64,000 nt of DNA from an uncultured Bacteroidales bacterium (GCA_902784475.1 CACZUX010000003.1:3530-67529), one strand, 5' to 3'. Counted from the first letter of the stretch, positions 45,213 to 57,109 are shown. The notes: generated from the sequence alone by a model not told the origin. Numbers and translations: made by a program.

Positions 45213-45233
45213 ATTTCACGTGTATTTCGCGCA

Positions 45234-45241
45234 CAAAGATA
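45234..45241 (-). promoter_or_regulatory. -7 box (TAtcTTTG) upstream of the RND operon
   Basis: The plus strand reads caaagata, 21 nt upstream of the ATG at 45212. Confidence 0.6.
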
Positions 45242-45275
45242 CGATTTTTTTGCAAAAAGGCAGTCCGAAACAGAC

Positions 45276-45308
45276 AAAAAAAATCCCCTCATCCTGAAGG
45301 ATGAAGGG
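45276..45308 (-). terminator. Rho-independent terminator after rplQ
   Basis: Minus strand: cccttcatcc-ttca-ggatgagggg followed by a U8 run. Confidence 0.65.
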
Positions 45309-45332
45309 AATTTATCGTTTCCTGCTGCTAAT

Positions 45333-45842
45333 TTACTCGGCTGCAGGTGCAGCTGCCTCTGCAGGGGCAGCCTCCTCTGCGGCGGGAGCTTCTGCTACAG
45401 GAGCTTCTGCTGCGGGAGCCTCAGCGCTCTTCTTCCCACTGCGGCGGGTGCGCTTAGCCTTCTTGGCAGTCTTGGCCATGTTCTCATCGAAGTCCACGAG
45501 TTCAATGAAGCACATGGGAGCGTTGTCACTGGCGCGGAAACCGGTCTTGATGATGCGGGTATAACCGCCCTGACGATCACCCACCTTGGCACTGATGGTA
45601 GAGAACAGTTCCGTGATGGCTGCCTTGTCCTGCAACTTGCTGAAGACAACGCGGCGTGCATTGGTAGTGTCCTCCTTGGAGCGGGTAATCATAGGCTCCA
45701 CATACTTCTTGAGCGCTTTGGCCTTAGCCAGGGTCGTAGTGATTCTTTTGTGCATGATCAGACTTACGGCCATGTTGCTCAGCATGGCAGCTCTGTGGGA
45801 TGCAGTACGACCCAAATGGTTGAATTTCTTATTATGTCTCAT
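45333..45842 (-). CDS. rplQ: 50S ribosomal protein L17 with Ala/Glu/Pro-rich C-terminal tail
   Basis: [44 protein letters not shown]. Last gene of the alpha operon. Confidence 0.97.
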   Translation of the reverse strand: MRHNKKFNHLGRTASHRAAMLSNMAVSLIMHKRITTTLAKAKALKKYVEPMITRSKEDTTNARRVVFSKLQDKAAITELFSTISAKVGDRQGGYTRIIKTGFRASDNAPMCFIELVDFDENMAKTAKKAKRTRRSGKKSAEAPAAEAPVAEAPAAEEAAPAEAAAPAAE

Positions 45843-45850
45843 AGGACTTC

Positions 45851-46843
45851 TTAATCTTTATCCAGTTTATACTTTTTGATATCCGTTCCAAACGACAGAT
45901 TCTTACTCTCGAGCAAATCATCAAGCTCCGTGAGCGATTTCTTACCAAAGTTGCGGAACTTCAGGAGGTCGGTCTTGTTGTACTGCACCAAATCGCCGAG
46001 TGTCTCGACGTTGGCAGCCTTAAGACAGTTGAGGGCACGGACAGAGAGATCCAGATCGACAAGACGGGTCTTGAGCTTCTGGCGCATGTGCAACATCTCT
46101 TCATCGAATTCCTCAACGCCTTCACCGTCCATGTTATCCAACGTAATCTTCTCGTCGGAGAAGAGCATGAAGTGATGGATCAGGATGCGAGCGGCTTCCT
46201 TCAATGCGTCTTTGGGGTGAATGGAACCGTCTGTGGTGATTTCGATAATCAGCTTCTCGTAGTCCGTCTTCTGCTCCACACGGAAGTTCTCAACGGAATA
46301 CTTGACATTGCGAATGGGGGTGTAGATAGAGTCAATGGGGATGACATTGACATCGGTGCAGAACTCGCGGTTCTCCTCTGCAGGAACATAGCCGCGACCC
46401 TTATTCACACTGATGGTGATGGTCATCGAAGCACGGCTCTCGAGATGGCAGATTACCAAATCGGGGTTAAGCACCTCGAAGCTGGTCAACACCTTGTTCA
46501 AATCACCGGCCTTAAACTCCGTCACACCCTCAACCTTGAGGGTTACCTTCTCTGTATCGTAATCATCCACCAACCGCTTGAAGCGTACTTGCTTCAAGTT
46601 GAGAATAATGTTGGTGACATCCTCCTTGACGCCCTGAATAGAAGCAAACTCATGCTCAACTCCTTCAATGGAGATGGTGTTGATTGCGTAACCGTCCAGA
46701 GACGAGAGGAGAATGCGGCGAAGAGCATTACCAATGGTAGTACCGAAGCCACCTTCCAGAGGACGAAACTCGAACTTGCCGACGAAATCGTCCGCCTCCA
46801 ACATTATAACCTTATCAGGTTTCTGAAATGCTAAAATCGCCAT
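45851..46843 (-). CDS. rpoA: DNA-directed RNA polymerase subunit alpha
   Basis: [18 protein letters not shown] plus C-terminal domain [23 protein letters not shown]. Confidence 0.98.
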   Translation of the reverse strand: MAILAFQKPDKVIMLEADDFVGKFEFRPLEGGFGTTIGNALRRILLSSLDGYAINTISIEGVEHEFASIQGVKEDVTNIILNLKQVRFKRLVDDYDTEKVTLKVEGVTEFKAGDLNKVLTSFEVLNPDLVICHLESRASMTITISVNKGRGYVPAEENREFCTDVNVIPIDSIYTPIRNVKYSVENFRVEQKTDYEKLIIEITTDGSIHPKDALKEAARILIHHFMLFSDEKITLDNMDGEGVEEFDEEMLHMRQKLKTRLVDLDLSVRALNCLKAANVETLGDLVQYNKTDLLKFRNFGKKSLTELDDLLESKNLSFGTDIKKYKLDKD

Positions 46844-46860
46844 TCTATATGTTTTATTTA

Positions 46861-47466
46861 TTATTTAGAGTACAACTCAACGATCAACTGCTCCTTGATA
46901 TTCTCGGGGATGTCTGCGCGGTCAGGACGGTGCAACAACTTACCGGCCTTCTTGCTCTCATCCCACTCCAACCAAGGATACTTGGCGTGGTTGAAACCTG
47001 CCAATGCAGCAGCAATCACCTCCAGTGACTTGGCACGCTCACGCACGCCGACGATCTGACCGGGCTTTACTGCATAAGAGGCAATACCTACCACCTTGCC
47101 GTCAACGGTGATGTGCTTGTGGTTGACGAGCTGACGGGCAGCAGCACGAGTGGGAGCGATACCCAGACGGAACACGATGTTGTCGAGACGGCACTCCAGG
47201 TTCTGCAACAGAATCTCACCGGTGATACCGCTGGTACGGGCGGCCTTCTCGAACATGTTGCGGAACTGCTTCTCCAGAACGCCGTAGGTGTACTTGGCCT
47301 TCTGCTTCTCGGCGAGCATGATGCCATACTCAGAAGTCTTGCGACGACGGTTGTTACCGTGCTGGCCGGGAGGGAAATTGCGCTTTGCTAATACTTTGTC
47401 TGCACCAAAGATGGCCTCGCCGAAACGACGGGCAATTCTTGACTTGGGTCCAATATATCTTGCCAT
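46861..47466 (-). CDS. rpsD: 30S ribosomal protein S4
   Basis: [21 protein letters not shown]. Operon position fits. Confidence 0.98.
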   Translation of the reverse strand: MARYIGPKSRIARRFGEAIFGADKVLAKRNFPPGQHGNNRRRKTSEYGIMLAEKQKAKYTYGVLEKQFRNMFEKAARTSGITGEILLQNLECRLDNIVFRLGIAPTRAAARQLVNHKHITVDGKVVGIASYAVKPGQIVGVRERAKSLEVIAAALAGFNHAKYPWLEWDESKKAGKLLHRPDRADIPENIKEQLIVELYSK

Positions 47467-47491
47467 AATTATTCTTTGTTATTGGGTTAGC

Positions 47492-47881
47492 TTAGACTCT
47501 TCTTCTCTTGGGAGGACGGCAACCGTTGTGGGGAATCGGAGTCACATCGATAATCTCCACTACCTCGATACCTGCACCGTGGCAGGTACGGATGGCACTC
47601 TCACGACCGTTGCCGGGACCCTTGACATAAGCCTTCACCTTGCGCAGACCCAAGTCATAAGCGGTCTTTGCACAGTCCTGTGCTGCCATCTGGGCGGCGT
47701 AAGGAGTGTTCTTCTTACTGCCACGGAAGCCCATCTTGCCGGCGGACGACCAAGAAATCACCTGGCCCTCACTATTGGCCAAAGACACGATAATATTGTT
47801 AAAGGAACTGTGAACATGGAGTTGACCCATAGCGTCAACCTTCACTGTTCTTTTCTTTGTTGCAACTGCTTTCTTTGCCAT
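47492..47881 (-). CDS. rpsK: 30S ribosomal protein S11
   Basis: [27 protein letters not shown]...[13 protein letters not shown]. Confidence 0.98.
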   Translation of the reverse strand: MAKKAVATKKRTVKVDAMGQLHVHSSFNNIIVSLANSEGQVISWSSAGKMGFRGSKKNTPYAAQMAAQDCAKTAYDLGLRKVKAYVKGPGNGRESAIRTCHGAGIEVVEIIDVTPIPHNGCRPPKRRRV

Positions 47882-47913
47882 ATTGCTTATCTGTTACTGT
47901 TTGTTTGCGCTAA

Positions 47914-48294
47914 TTACTTCGTAGCCTTCTTCTTGTTGGCAACGGTCTTCTTCTTACCCTTACGTGTACGGGCGTTGTTCTTAGTGCTTTGGCCACGAAC
48001 AGGCAAACCGTTACGATGACGCACACCACGATAGCAGCCGATATCCATCAGGCGCTTGATGTTCATCGCGATCTCACTACGAAGATCACCCTCCACCTTG
48101 CACTCAGCGGCAATCACCTCACGGATCTTACCGGCCTCTTCATCAGTCCAGTCGCAGACTTTCTTGTCCTTGTCCACACCGGCCTTTTCCAAAATCTTTG
48201 CTGAGCTACTGCGACCAATGCCGTAAACATAGGTCAACGCGATTTCACCTCTCTTGTTCTGAGGTAAATCAACACCAACAATTCTTATTGCCAT
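47914..48294 (-). CDS. rpsM: 30S ribosomal protein S13
   Basis: [27 protein letters not shown]. Confidence 0.98.
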   Translation of the reverse strand: MAIRIVGVDLPQNKRGEIALTYVYGIGRSSSAKILEKAGVDKDKKVCDWTDEEAGKIREVIAAECKVEGDLRSEIAMNIKRLMDIGCYRGVRHRNGLPVRGQSTKNNARTRKGKKKTVANKKKATK

Positions 48295-48325
48295 ATACTT
48301 GTATTATTCTGTTTGGTTGCGAATG

Positions 48326-48442
48326 TTAACCCTGACGCATCTTGTACTTGGGGTTCTTCTTGTTAATCACATAAAGACGGCCCTTTCTGCGGACAATCTT
48401 GCACTCGGGAGTGCGTTTCTTTAATGAAGCTCGTGTTTTCAT
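48326..48442 (-). CDS. rpmJ: 50S ribosomal protein L36
   Basis: My manual minus-strand translation gives [38 protein letters not shown] (38 aa). It is below the ORF-track size cut-off and sits between infA and rpsM. Confidence 0.95.
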   Translation of the reverse strand: MKTRASLKKRTPECKIVRRKGRLYVINKKNPKYKMRQG

Positions 48443-48455
48443 ATTCTAATCTTAC

Positions 48456-48674
48456 TTATTTATATCTGAACACTATACGGCCTTTCGTAAGATCATAGGG
48501 ACTCATCTCCACTTTGACCTTGTCACCAGGTAGAATCTTGATGTAATGCATGCGCATCTTTCCAGAGATATTGCATATAATCTTGGCTCCGATCTCCAAC
48601 TCCACGCGAAACATCGCATTGGAAAGAGACTCCAAAATCACTCCATCTTGTTCTATAACTGCCTGTTTTGCCAT
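48456..48674 (-). CDS. infA: Translation initiation factor IF-1
   Basis: [27 protein letters not shown]...[35 protein letters not shown]. Confidence 0.98.
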   Translation of the reverse strand: MAKQAVIEQDGVILESLSNAMFRVELEIGAKIICNISGKMRMHYIKILPGDKVKVEMSPYDLTKGRIVFRYK

Positions 48675-48685
48675 TTAACTTTTAA

Positions 48686-49477
48686 TCAATATTGGTTCTC
48701 TATTTTTTCTATTTCTTCAAAAGAGGAAAGAATCTCCGTGCGTCCCTGATGAATGGCGATGGTGTGCTCGTAGTGAGCTGCCATGCTGCCGTCGCGTGTC
48801 ACGATGGTCCACTTGTCCGGCATCATCCACACCTGAGGGCTTCCGCTGACAATCATGGGCTCGATGGCGATGCAGAGACCGTTTTTGATCATCTTGCCGT
48901 CGCCGCGCTTGCCGTAGTTGGGCACCTGGGGCTCTTCGTGCATGTCACGACCGATGCCGTGACCGACGAACTCCCGGACGACGCCACAACCGTTACTCTC
49001 GACATACTGCTGCACTGCAAAGCCGATATCGCCGATACGACGTCCGACACGAGCCGCTTCAATACCGAGGTAAAGAGCCTCTTTGGTAATCTTGAGCAAT
49101 CGGTTGGCCTCTTCGCTCACCTCCCCCACACGGAACGTGTAACAGGAGTCGCCGTTGAAACCGTCAAGCAACGCGCCGCAATCCACCGAGACGATGTCGC
49201 CCTCTTTGAGCGGCTCGTCAGAAGGGATACCGTGCACCACCTGATTGTTCACCGATGTGCAGATGCTGGCGGGAAAAGGGCCTCCGTTAGGATTGGGAAA
49301 TCCCAGGAAAGTCGGCTCTCCGCCGTTGTCGCGGATGTATTCCTCAGCCACCTTGTCCAGTTGTCGGGTTGTCACACCCGGAGCCACGATCTTTCCGACC
49401 TCTGTCAGAGTCTTCGCAACCAACTGATTGGCGGCTCTCATCAAGTCAATTTCGTCCTCAGTCTTTAGAAATATCAT
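48686..49477 (-). CDS. map: Type I methionine aminopeptidase
   Basis: VVHGIPS, VSVDCG, GHGIG and IAIEPM, EHT metal-ligand contexts. Confidence 0.96.
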   Translation of the reverse strand: MIFLKTEDEIDLMRAANQLVAKTLTEVGKIVAPGVTTRQLDKVAEEYIRDNGGEPTFLGFPNPNGGPFPASICTSVNNQVVHGIPSDEPLKEGDIVSVDCGALLDGFNGDSCYTFRVGEVSEEANRLLKITKEALYLGIEAARVGRRIGDIGFAVQQYVESNGCGVVREFVGHGIGRDMHEEPQVPNYGKRGDGKMIKNGLCIAIEPMIVSGSPQVWMMPDKWTIVTRDGSMAAHYEHTIAIHQGRTEILSSFEEIEKIENQY

Positions 49478-49498
49478 AGAGACAGTTTCTGTGGACTC

Positions 49499-50836
49499 TT
49501 AGGACATTCCGTTTCTTCCGTGGATGCGACCACTGGAAAGAAGACCGTCATAGTGACGCATCAAGAGATGACTCTCTATCTGCTGCAATGTATCCAACAC
49601 TACACCCACCAAAATCAACAGGCTGGTACCGCCGAAGAACTGGGCGAACTCAGGCGTCACGTTCAGCAGGCCTGCAAAAGCGGGCATACAGGCGATGGCA
49701 GCCAGGAAGAGTGAACCCGGGAGGGTGATATGAGACATGATTTGGTCAATGAATTCCGCTGTGTCACGGCCGGGACGTACGCCGGGGATGAAGCCGTTGT
49801 TGCGCTTCATGTCCTCAGCCATCTGTGTCGGGTTGAGCGTGATGGCCGTATAAAAATACGTGAAGGCTACAATCAGCAGCGCAAACACCACGTTGTATGC
49901 CACACTCGTGTGGTCGCTCAACATAATCAACACGGCACTGGGATGCTCACCGCCTGCCACCATATTGAGCAGCGTGATGGGGATGAACATAATGGCCTGG
50001 GCAAAGATGATCGGCATCACGTTGGCAGCAAACACCTTCAGGGGGATATACTGACGTACGCCGCCGACCTGCTGGCCGCCCATCATGCGCTTGGCATACT
50101 GCACGGGAATCTTGCGTGTGCCCTGCACCAAAAGGATTGCGGCACAAATGACCACCAGGAGCAGAATCAGCTCGATGGCGAACATAATCATACCGCCGCC
50201 GTTGAGGTTGTTCAGGCGATTGACGAACTCCTGAGAGAATGCCTGAGGCAGACGTGCGATGATACCCAACATAATGATCAGCGAAACACCGTTGCCGATA
50301 CCCTTGTCGGTGATGCGCTCACCGAGCCAGAGGATGAACATCGAACCGGCAGCAAGGATAATCGTGCTTGAAATCAGGAACAGCGTCCAGTCCACCTGCA
50401 AAGCTCCTACAGCCAGACCCTTGAAGGTGTACACCAGATAGCCCGGTGCCTGGAACAGCAGGATGAGGATGGTCAGATAACGCGTATACTGATTCATCTT
50501 GCGACGACCGCTCTCGCCCTCGCGCTGCATCTTCTGGAAATAAGGCACAACGAAAGCAAAGAGCTGAATCACGATGGATGCCGAAATGTAAGGCATGATA
50601 CCCAACGCAAAGATAGAAGCGTTGGAGAACGCACCGCCGGAGAACATGTTCAGCAGCGACATCAGACCCGTGCTGGTCTGCTCACGCAGAGCGGACAAAG
50701 CCTCGGGGTTGACGCCGGGGAGCACAACGAACGAACCGAAACGGTACATCGCAGCGAAACCCAGGGTGATGAGGATTCGCGTGCGCAAGTCCTCAACACT
50801 CCAAATATTCTTTAAGGTTTCAAAGAATTTTTTCAT
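49499..50836 (-). CDS. secY: Preprotein translocase subunit SecY
   Basis: LGIMPYISASIVIQL and a 10-TM pattern. Operon position fits. Confidence 0.98.
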   Translation of the reverse strand: MKKFFETLKNIWSVEDLRTRILITLGFAAMYRFGSFVVLPGVNPEALSALREQTSTGLMSLLNMFSGGAFSNASIFALGIMPYISASIVIQLFAFVVPYFQKMQREGESGRRKMNQYTRYLTILILLFQAPGYLVYTFKGLAVGALQVDWTLFLISSTIILAAGSMFILWLGERITDKGIGNGVSLIIMLGIIARLPQAFSQEFVNRLNNLNGGGMIMFAIELILLLVVICAAILLVQGTRKIPVQYAKRMMGGQQVGGVRQYIPLKVFAANVMPIIFAQAIMFIPITLLNMVAGGEHPSAVLIMLSDHTSVAYNVVFALLIVAFTYFYTAITLNPTQMAEDMKRNNGFIPGVRPGRDTAEFIDQIMSHITLPGSLFLAAIACMPAFAGLLNVTPEFAQFFGGTSLLILVGVVLDTLQQIESHLLMRHYDGLLSSGRIHGRNGMS

Positions 50837-50841
50837 TGTCT

Positions 50842-51285
50842 TTAGAGCTTGGTGACGGTGCCGCCTGCAGCGGTAATGCCTTCCTCTGCACTCTTGGAGA
50901 ATGCGTTGGCAGAAACCTCCAACTTGGCAGTAAGCTTGCCGTTACCCAAAACCTTGACCAACTGGCCCTTCTTGGAGATGCCAGCCTTAACGAACTCCTC
51001 CAAACCGATCTTCGTGGCACCCTTCTCGGCCATAGCCTGAAGAGTGGCGAGATTCACGGCCTGATACTCTACATGGTTCACGTTCTTGAAACCAAACTTC
51101 GGGAGTCGGCGCTGCAGAGGCATCTGACCACCTTCGAAGCCGATTTTGTTCTTGTAACCGGAACGAGCCTTTGCACCCTTGTGACCACGGGTGGAAGTGC
51201 CACCGAGACCACTGCCGGGACCGCGTCCGAGACGACGGCGAGAGTGAGTGGAACCTGCTGCGGGTTTGAGATTATTTAATTTCAT
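50842..51285 (-). CDS. rplO: 50S ribosomal protein L15
   Basis: [37 protein letters not shown]. Confidence 0.98.
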   Translation of the reverse strand: MKLNNLKPAAGSTHSRRRLGRGPGSGLGGTSTRGHKGAKARSGYKNKIGFEGGQMPLQRRLPKFGFKNVNHVEYQAVNLATLQAMAEKGATKIGLEEFVKAGISKKGQLVKVLGNGKLTAKLEVSANAFSKSAEEGITAAGGTVTKL

Positions 51286-51320
51286 ATCGAATGTACTTTT
51301 TTGAATTACACTTCAATTGT

Positions 51321-51497
51321 TTAGTCGAGCACTTTCACCAAGTGGTGTACGGTCTGGATGAGTCCGCGGTTGGAAGCGTTGTCCTCCAACTCTACGACCT
51401 GGTTGAGCTTTCTCAGGCCCATGGTATCCAAGGTGGCCTTCTGTCTCTTAGGAGCGTGGATACGGCTCTTTACTTGCTGTACTTTAATCGTTGCCAT
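51321..51497 (-). CDS. rpmD: 50S ribosomal protein L30
   Basis: My manual translation gives MATIKVQQVKSRIHAPKRQKATLDTMGLRKLNQVVELEDNASNRGLIQTVHHLVKVLD (58 aa). Below the ORF-track cut-off. Confidence 0.95.
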   Translation of the reverse strand: MATIKVQQVKSRIHAPKRQKATLDTMGLRKLNQVVELEDNASNRGLIQTVHHLVKVLD

Positions 51498-51521
51498 GAT
51501 ACTTATTCTCCTTTAAGATGT

Positions 51522-52031
51522 TTAACCGTTGAATACTTTGTCCATGCTCACACCGCGCATCTGGGCAACCTGACGGGCGTCACGCATCGAAGCCAGAGCG
51601 GCGATGGTGGCCTTCACCAGGTTGTGAGGGTTGGAGCTGCCCTTACTCTTGGCCAGACAGTCCTTCACGCCTATGCTCTCGAGTACGGCACGCATGGCGC
51701 CGCCGGCAACCACACCGGTACCGGTGCTGGCAGGCATGATGAGCACGTCGGCACCGCCGAACTTGGCAGCAGCCTCGTGAGGTACGGTACCCTTAAGCAC
51801 GGGCACCTTCACCAGATTCTTCTTGGCGGCTTCAACACCCTTGGCAATGGCAGCAGTCACTTCACCTGCCTTGCCCAGGCCCCAGCCGATAACGCCATTT
51901 TCGTTACCTACAACGACGATAGCGGCGAATGTGAAGGTACGACCACCCTTGGTCACCTTGGTCACACGGTTGATGGCGACCAGGCGATCCTTCAATTCCT
52001 CGCTGTTGATATTGATATTCTTAATTGCCAT
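51522..52031 (-). CDS. rpsE: 30S ribosomal protein S5
   Basis: [39 protein letters not shown]. Confidence 0.98.
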   Translation of the reverse strand: MAIKNININSEELKDRLVAINRVTKVTKGGRTFTFAAIVVVGNENGVIGWGLGKAGEVTAAIAKGVEAAKKNLVKVPVLKGTVPHEAAAKFGGADVLIMPASTGTGVVAGGAMRAVLESIGVKDCLAKSKGSSNPHNLVKATIAALASMRDARQVAQMRGVSMDKVFNG

Positions 52032-52037
52032 AATTCA

Positions 52038-52379
52038 TCAGAATTTAAGTCCACCATTACGTGCAGCATCAGCCACTTCCTTCACTCTGCCGTGATACAG
52101 ATAACCGTTGCGGTCGAACACCACAGTGGTGATACCTGCTTCAAGGGCCTTCTTGGCAACCAGCTCACCTACCTTGGCAGCCTGCTCCTTCTTGGGGCAT
52201 GCCTCCAGACCTAGGCTGGAAGCGGAAACGATGGTAGCGCCGGTCACGTCGTTGATCACCTGCACATAGATTTGCTTGTTGCTGCGGAACACGCTCATGC
52301 GGGGACGCTCTGCAGTGCCGGAAATCTTATTGCGAACTCTGTATTTAATCTTGATTCGTCTTTCCAATTTTGTAGTCAT
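52038..52379 (-). CDS. rplR: 50S ribosomal protein L18
   Basis: [21 protein letters not shown]...[28 protein letters not shown]. Confidence 0.98.
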   Translation of the reverse strand: MTTKLERRIKIKYRVRNKISGTAERPRMSVFRSNKQIYVQVINDVTGATIVSASSLGLEACPKKEQAAKVGELVAKKALEAGITTVVFDRNGYLYHGRVKEVADAARNGGLKF

Positions 52380-52399
52380 AATCTTTCTTCTTTTAACGG

Positions 52400-52969
52400 T
52401 TACTTAGCACCAGCAGACTTACCAGACTTCCTACGGATCTGTTCACCTACGAACAGAATACCCTTGCCCTTGTAAGGCTCAGGCTTACGGAACGAACGAA
52501 TCTTGGCACAAACCTGACCCAGCAGCTGCTTGTCGCAGCTCTCGAGAATGACCAGGGGATTCTGGTTTCTTTCACTCTTGGTCTCCACCTTTACCTCAGG
52601 GGGCAACTGGATGAAGATGCTGTGGGTGTAACCCAGCGAGAACTCAATGATGTTGCCCTGGTTGCTGGCGCGGTAACCCACACCCACCAACTCGAGCTCC
52701 TTCTTGTAGCCTTCGCTGACACCTACGACCATATTATGTACAAGAGAACGGTAGAGACCGTGGAAAGCCTGCTTCTGCTTTACGTCGATGTCGGCCTTCT
52801 CGTCAATCTCAAACGTTACCTCTTTCTCACTCACATTGACCTTGATAGCGGGGTTCACAGCCTGGGTCAGTTCACCTTTCTTACCTTTTACGGTAACCAC
52901 ATTGTCCGCGCTGACCGTAACGGTAACACCGGCGGGAATGCTGATGGGCAATTTACCTATTCTAGACAT
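52400..52969 (-). CDS. rplF: 50S ribosomal protein L6
   Basis: [19 protein letters not shown]...[10 protein letters not shown]. Confidence 0.98.
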   Translation of the reverse strand: MSRIGKLPISIPAGVTVTVSADNVVTVKGKKGELTQAVNPAIKVNVSEKEVTFEIDEKADIDVKQKQAFHGLYRSLVHNMVVGVSEGYKKELELVGVGYRASNQGNIIEFSLGYTHSIFIQLPPEVKVETKSERNQNPLVILESCDKQLLGQVCAKIRSFRKPEPYKGKGILFVGEQIRRKSGKSAGAK

Positions 52970-52987
52970 TTCGTGTTCCTCCTATCA

Positions 52988-53383
52988 TTAATATACGTAG
53001 CAAAGAACCTCGCCTCCGATTTTCTCTTCGGCAGCTTCCTTGTTCGTCATAACACCCTTGGACGTGGAAATCAGAGCGACACCAAGTCCGTTAATAACTC
53101 TGGGCATATCCTTGTAGCCGGTGTACTTACGCATACCGGGCTTGGATACACGAATCAGCTTCTGGATTGCATTCTTACGGGTCTCGTTGTCGTACTTGAG
53201 TGCAATCTTAATGGTACCCTGAGGTCCGTCCTCGACGAACTTGTAGTTCAGGATATAACCTTTCTCGAAGAGGATCTTGGTGATCTCCTTCTTCAAATTT
53301 GACGCAGGGCATTCCACCACCCTGTGTTTAGCCTGGATGGCGTTGCGCAGACGAGTCAAATAATCTGCAATAGGATCTGTCAT
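52988..53383 (-). CDS. rpsH: 30S ribosomal protein S8
   Basis: MTDPIADYLTRLRNAIQAKH. Internal ATG at 53383 chosen over the track start at 53413. Confidence 0.97.
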   Translation of the reverse strand: MTDPIADYLTRLRNAIQAKHRVVECPASNLKKEITKILFEKGYILNYKFVEDGPQGTIKIALKYDNETRKNAIQKLIRVSKPGMRKYTGYKDMPRVINGLGVALISTSKGVMTNKEAAEEKIGGEVLCYVY

Positions 53384-53457
53384 ATTCTTTTTTTGTTTAA
53401 TTGATCGGGACACCCCGACAATATTAAAAACTCAATTTATTCTCGCTGGAACGCTAA

Positions 53458-53763
53458 TTACCAACTGGCCTTCTTCACGCCGGGAATCAAGCCCTGAGAT
53501 GCCATCTCACGGAACTGGATACGGCTGAGGCCGAACAAGCGGATGTAGCCCTTGGGACGACCCGTGATCTTGCAACGGTTGTGCAGACGGATGGGGTTCG
53601 CATTACGGGGAATGGACTGAAGCTTCTGCGCAGCCTCGTAAGCGGCGGCGGGATCCGAGTTGGGATCGTTGACAATCTTCTTCAGTGCAGCACGCTTCTC
53701 AGCATACTGGGCTACCATCTTAGCACGCTTTACCTCACGCGCCTTCATAGATTCTTTTGCCAT
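53458..53763 (-). CDS. rpsN: 30S ribosomal protein S14 (long, non-zinc type)
   Basis: [24 protein letters not shown]...[43 protein letters not shown]. Confidence 0.97.
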   Translation of the reverse strand: MAKESMKAREVKRAKMVAQYAEKRAALKKIVNDPNSDPAAAYEAAQKLQSIPRNANPIRLHNRCKITGRPKGYIRLFGLSRIQFREMASQGLIPGVKKASW

Positions 53764-53772
53764 ACTTATTGC

Positions 53773-54327
53773 TTAGTTTTTAGCGTTCTTAAAAGGAAGA
53801 CCAAAACCCTTCAACAGGGCATAACCCTCTTCGTCCGTCTTGGCGGTGGTCACGAAGGTGATGTTCATACCCAGGATGCGGTCGATAGCATCGATGTTGA
53901 TTTCGGGGAAGATAATCTGCTCCTCGATACCCAGGGTGTAGTTGCCGCGGCCGTCGAACTTGCTCTGAATGCCCTTGAAGTCGCGGATACGGGGCAGAGC
54001 CACCTTAACCAGCTTCTCCAGGAATTCATACATGCGCTCACGACGCAGGGTGACCATCACGCCGATGGGCATCTTCTTACGCAGCTTGAACTGAGCCACG
54101 TCCTTCTTGCTGACGGTGGCCACAGCCTTCTGGCCGGTGATGGCGGTGATTTCGTTCACAGCCACTTCGATGATCTTCTTGTCGGCCGTTGCCATGCCCA
54201 GACCCTGATTGATCACGATCTTCTTCAGGACGGGAATCTGCATGGCAGAGGAATAGCCGAACTGCTTCATCAGAGCAGGTGCAATCTGCTCCTTGTATTC
54301 TTGCTTCAGACTTGCTGTATTTGCCAT
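53773..54327 (-). CDS. rplE: 50S ribosomal protein L5
   Basis: [20 protein letters not shown]...RDFKGI...[15 protein letters not shown]. Confidence 0.98.
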   Translation of the reverse strand: MANTASLKQEYKEQIAPALMKQFGYSSAMQIPVLKKIVINQGLGMATADKKIIEVAVNEITAITGQKAVATVSKKDVAQFKLRKKMPIGVMVTLRRERMYEFLEKLVKVALPRIRDFKGIQSKFDGRGNYTLGIEEQIIFPEINIDAIDRILGMNITFVTTAKTDEEGYALLKGFGLPFKNAKN

Positions 54328-54330
54328 ATC

Positions 54331-54648
54331 TTAAATCTCCTCTCCTGACTTTTTAGCATAACGGACCAACTTGCCCTCTGCGTTCAACTTTCTACCGATG
54401 CGGGTAGCCTTACCGGTCTTGGGATCAACGGGGTTCAGATTCGAAATCTGGATGGGAGCCTCCATCTCCACGATGCCGCCCTGAGGGTTCTTGGCACTGG
54501 GTTTCTGGCTCTTCTTCACCTTGTTGACACCTTCAACCAAGGCACGCTGTTCTTTCACGAACACCTTCAACACCTTACCGCTCTGACCCTTGGATTCTCC
54601 AGAGTTGACGATAACCATGTCGCCTTTCTTAATATGCAATTTACTCAT
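54331..54648 (-). CDS. rplX: 50S ribosomal protein L24
   Basis: [26 protein letters not shown] (KOW motif). Confidence 0.97.
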   Translation of the reverse strand: MSKLHIKKGDMVIVNSGESKGQSGKVLKVFVKEQRALVEGVNKVKKSQKPSAKNPQGGIVEMEAPIQISNLNPVDPKTGKATRIGRKLNAEGKLVRYAKKSGEEI

Positions 54649-54673
54649 GTTCTTTTCTTTTCTTTAGGACAGA

Positions 54674-55039
54674 TTAAAGAACCTCGGGTGCCAGAGATAC
54701 GACCTTCATGTTGGTGGCACGAAGCTCACGGGCAACAGGACCGAAAATACGGCTTCCGCGCAACTCGCCGGCATTGTTCAGAAGAACACAGGCGTTGTCG
54801 TCGAAGCGGATATAGGAACCGTCGGGACGGCGGACTTCCTTCTTCGTACGTACGATCAGGGCCTTTGATACGGCACCTTTCTTGACATCACTGGTGGGAA
54901 TGGCGCTCTTGACAGACACGACAATCACATCACCAACTGAGGCGTAGCGACGACGTGTGCCGCCCAACACGCGAATGCACAAAGCTTCCTTGGCTCCGCT
55001 GTTGTCTGCTACAACCAATCTAGATTCTGCTTGTATCAT
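54674..55039 (-). CDS. rplN: 50S ribosomal protein L14
   Basis: [27 protein letters not shown]. Confidence 0.98.
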   Translation of the reverse strand: MIQAESRLVVADNSGAKEALCIRVLGGTRRRYASVGDVIVVSVKSAIPTSDVKKGAVSKALIVRTKKEVRRPDGSYIRFDDNACVLLNNAGELRGSRIFGPVARELRATNMKVVSLAPEVL

Positions 55040-55041
55040 TT

Positions 55042-55299
55042 TTACTTAGCTCTTTCTACAATTTCTACTACTCTCCATCTCTTCGTCTTGCTCAGGGGAC
55101 GCGTCTCCATGATGAGCACGGTGTCGCCCTTGTGGCAATCGTTCTTCTCATCGTGAGCATGGTACTTCTTTGTCTTAGCAACGAACTTACCATAGATGGG
55201 GTGCTTCTCCTTGAACTTGGCAGCAACGACGATGGTCTTGTCCATCTTGTCGCTCACTACGACACCCGTACGGGTTTTTCTCAAATTTCTTGCTTCCAT
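55042..55299 (-). CDS. rpsQ: 30S ribosomal protein S17
   Basis: [40 protein letters not shown]. Confidence 0.97.
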   Translation of the reverse strand: MEARNLRKTRTGVVVSDKMDKTIVVAAKFKEKHPIYGKFVAKTKKYHAHDEKNDCHKGDTVLIMETRPLSKTKRWRVVEIVERAK

Positions 55300-55317
55300 A
55301 TCTTGAAGTACCTTTCT

Positions 55318-55512
55318 TTACTTATTCAACTCTTTCTGGCGGAGCACCGTCTTCATGCGGGCGATGTTACGACGAGCGGCTTTGATCTGAGAGTTGTTCT
55401 CCAAGGGAGCAACAGCGTGGTTGAGTTTCATCTGGTTGTAACTCGCCATCTCTGCCTGGATGCGCTCAGCCAAATCCTGAGCCGACATCTCTTTGATTTC
55501 AACTGTCTTCAT
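55318..55512 (-). CDS. rpmC: 50S ribosomal protein L29
   Basis: 64 aa. LNHAVAPLENNSQIKAARRNIARMKTVL. Operon position fits. Confidence 0.95.
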   Translation of the reverse strand: MKTVEIKEMSAQDLAERIQAEMASYNQMKLNHAVAPLENNSQIKAARRNIARMKTVLRQKELNK

Positions 55513-55514
55513 CT

Positions 55515-55940
55515 TTATGCGTTCTTATCGTAATCACGTCTAACAATAAACTTGGTGGTCACGGGCAACTTCTGAGCGGCCAGACGGAGAGCCTCCTTGG
55601 CCACCTCGTAGCTCACACCCTCAATCTCGAAGATGATGCGGCCGGGGGTGATGGGGAACACGTAACCAACGGGATCACCCTTACCTTTACCCATTCGCAC
55701 GTCAGCGGGCTTCTTGGTGATAGGCTTGTCGGGGAAGATGCGGATCCAGCTCTGACCTTCACGCTGCATATAGCGGGTCATGGCGATACGCGCTGCCTCA
55801 ATCTGACGGGCCGTAATCCAATGCGTATCAAGCGACTTGATACCAAAGGAGCCGAAAGCCAGCTGGTTGCCGCGCATGGCGTTACCCTTGCAGCGACCTT
55901 TTTGCGGCCTTCTGTATTTAGTTCTTTTGGGCTGTAACAT
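55515..55940 (-). CDS. rplP: 50S ribosomal protein L16
   Basis: [16 protein letters not shown]...RMGKGKGDP. Confidence 0.98.
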   Translation of the reverse strand: MLQPKRTKYRRPQKGRCKGNAMRGNQLAFGSFGIKSLDTHWITARQIEAARIAMTRYMQREGQSWIRIFPDKPITKKPADVRMGKGKGDPVGYVFPITPGRIIFEIEGVSYEVAKEALRLAAQKLPVTTKFIVRRDYDKNA

Positions 55941-55968
55941 GACTATTTTGTACTTTACAGATTAGTGT

Positions 55969-56709
55969 TTAACGATTGCCGCCCTTTTTGTTGCGACGGA
56001 AACCTCTGCGATCGCCGCCCTCGCGGTTGAAACCGCCGCGGCTGCTCTCCTTCTGCTGCTGGAAGTTGGGAGTCAGGTCCTTCTTGCCGTAAACCTCGCC
56101 ACGGCAAATCCACACCTTGATGCCCAGAAGACCCACCTTCGTCAGAGCCTCGGCCTGGCAGAAATCGATATCGGCACGCAGGGTGTGCAGGGGGGTACGA
56201 CCCTCCTTGAACATCTCGCTGCGGGCGATTTCGGCGCCGTTCAGACGGCCGCTGATCTGCACCTTGATGCCTTCGGCGCCGGCGCGCATCGTGTTGGCAA
56301 TAGCCATCTTGATGGCACGACGGTAGGCGATCTTGCCTTCCACCTGACGGGCGATGTTGTTGCCGACGATGTTGGCATCCAACTCGGGACGCTTCACCTC
56401 AAAGATGTTGATCTGAACGTCCTTGTCCGTAATCTTCTTGAGCTCTTCCTTGAGCTTGTCTACATTCTCACCGCCACGGCCGATGATCAGACCGGGACGA
56501 GCCGAACAAACGGTGATGGTCACCATCTTCAGCGTACGCTCGATGACAATGCGGCTGATGCTGGCATCACCCAGACGGGCCATAAGATACTTACGGATCT
56601 TAGAGTCCTCGAGGATGGTGTCGCCATAGTTCTTGCCACCGAACCAGTTGGAGTCCCAACCGCGGACGATACCCAAACGGTTGCTTATCGGATTAACTTT
56701 TTGTCCCAT
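55969..56709 (-). CDS. rpsC: 30S ribosomal protein S3 with RGG-rich C-terminal tail
   Basis: [23 protein letters not shown]. Internal ATG at 56709 chosen, since the track start at 56778 overlaps rplV. Confidence 0.97.
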   Translation of the reverse strand: MGQKVNPISNRLGIVRGWDSNWFGGKNYGDTILEDSKIRKYLMARLGDASISRIVIERTLKMVTITVCSARPGLIIGRGGENVDKLKEELKKITDKDVQINIFEVKRPELDANIVGNNIARQVEGKIAYRRAIKMAIANTMRAGAEGIKVQISGRLNGAEIARSEMFKEGRTPLHTLRADIDFCQAEALTKVGLLGIKVWICRGEVYGKKDLTPNFQQQKESSRGGFNREGGDRRGFRRNKKGGNR

Positions 56710-56713
56710 GTCT

Positions 56714-57109
56714 TTAATCTTTCTTAGTGTCAACGTAAAGTGTGACGTGGTTAGAACGCTTGCGGATTCTGTAACCACGGCCCTGAGGAGCGGGTCTCAT
56801 ACGCTTGAGGGTGGCACCCTCGTCAACAAAAATCTTGGTGATGTACAGTTCACCGTCCTCTGCCTTACGCTCGTTCTTCTGTTCCCAGTTGGCAATGGCG
56901 CTGCGCAGAACTTTCTCTACGTCGGCGCTGGCAGCCTTGGCACAGAACTTCAGCGTGCCCAGAGCACGATTCACTTCCATGCCACGAACCAAGTCCACAA
57001 CATATCGCATCTTGCGGGGAGAAGAGGGCACATTCTGAGCCTTCGCGAAGCTCATTGCCTTACGAGCCTCTTTACGTGCGTCAGCTGCTAATTTCTTTCT
57101 TTTTCCCAT
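56714..57109 (-). CDS. rplV: 50S ribosomal protein L22
   Basis: [26 protein letters not shown]...[26 protein letters not shown]-like. Confidence 0.97.
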   Translation of the reverse strand: MGKRKKLAADARKEARKAMSFAKAQNVPSSPRKMRYVVDLVRGMEVNRALGTLKFCAKAASADVEKVLRSAIANWEQKNERKAEDGELYITKIFVDEGATLKRMRPAPQGRGYRIRKRSNHVTLYVDTKKD

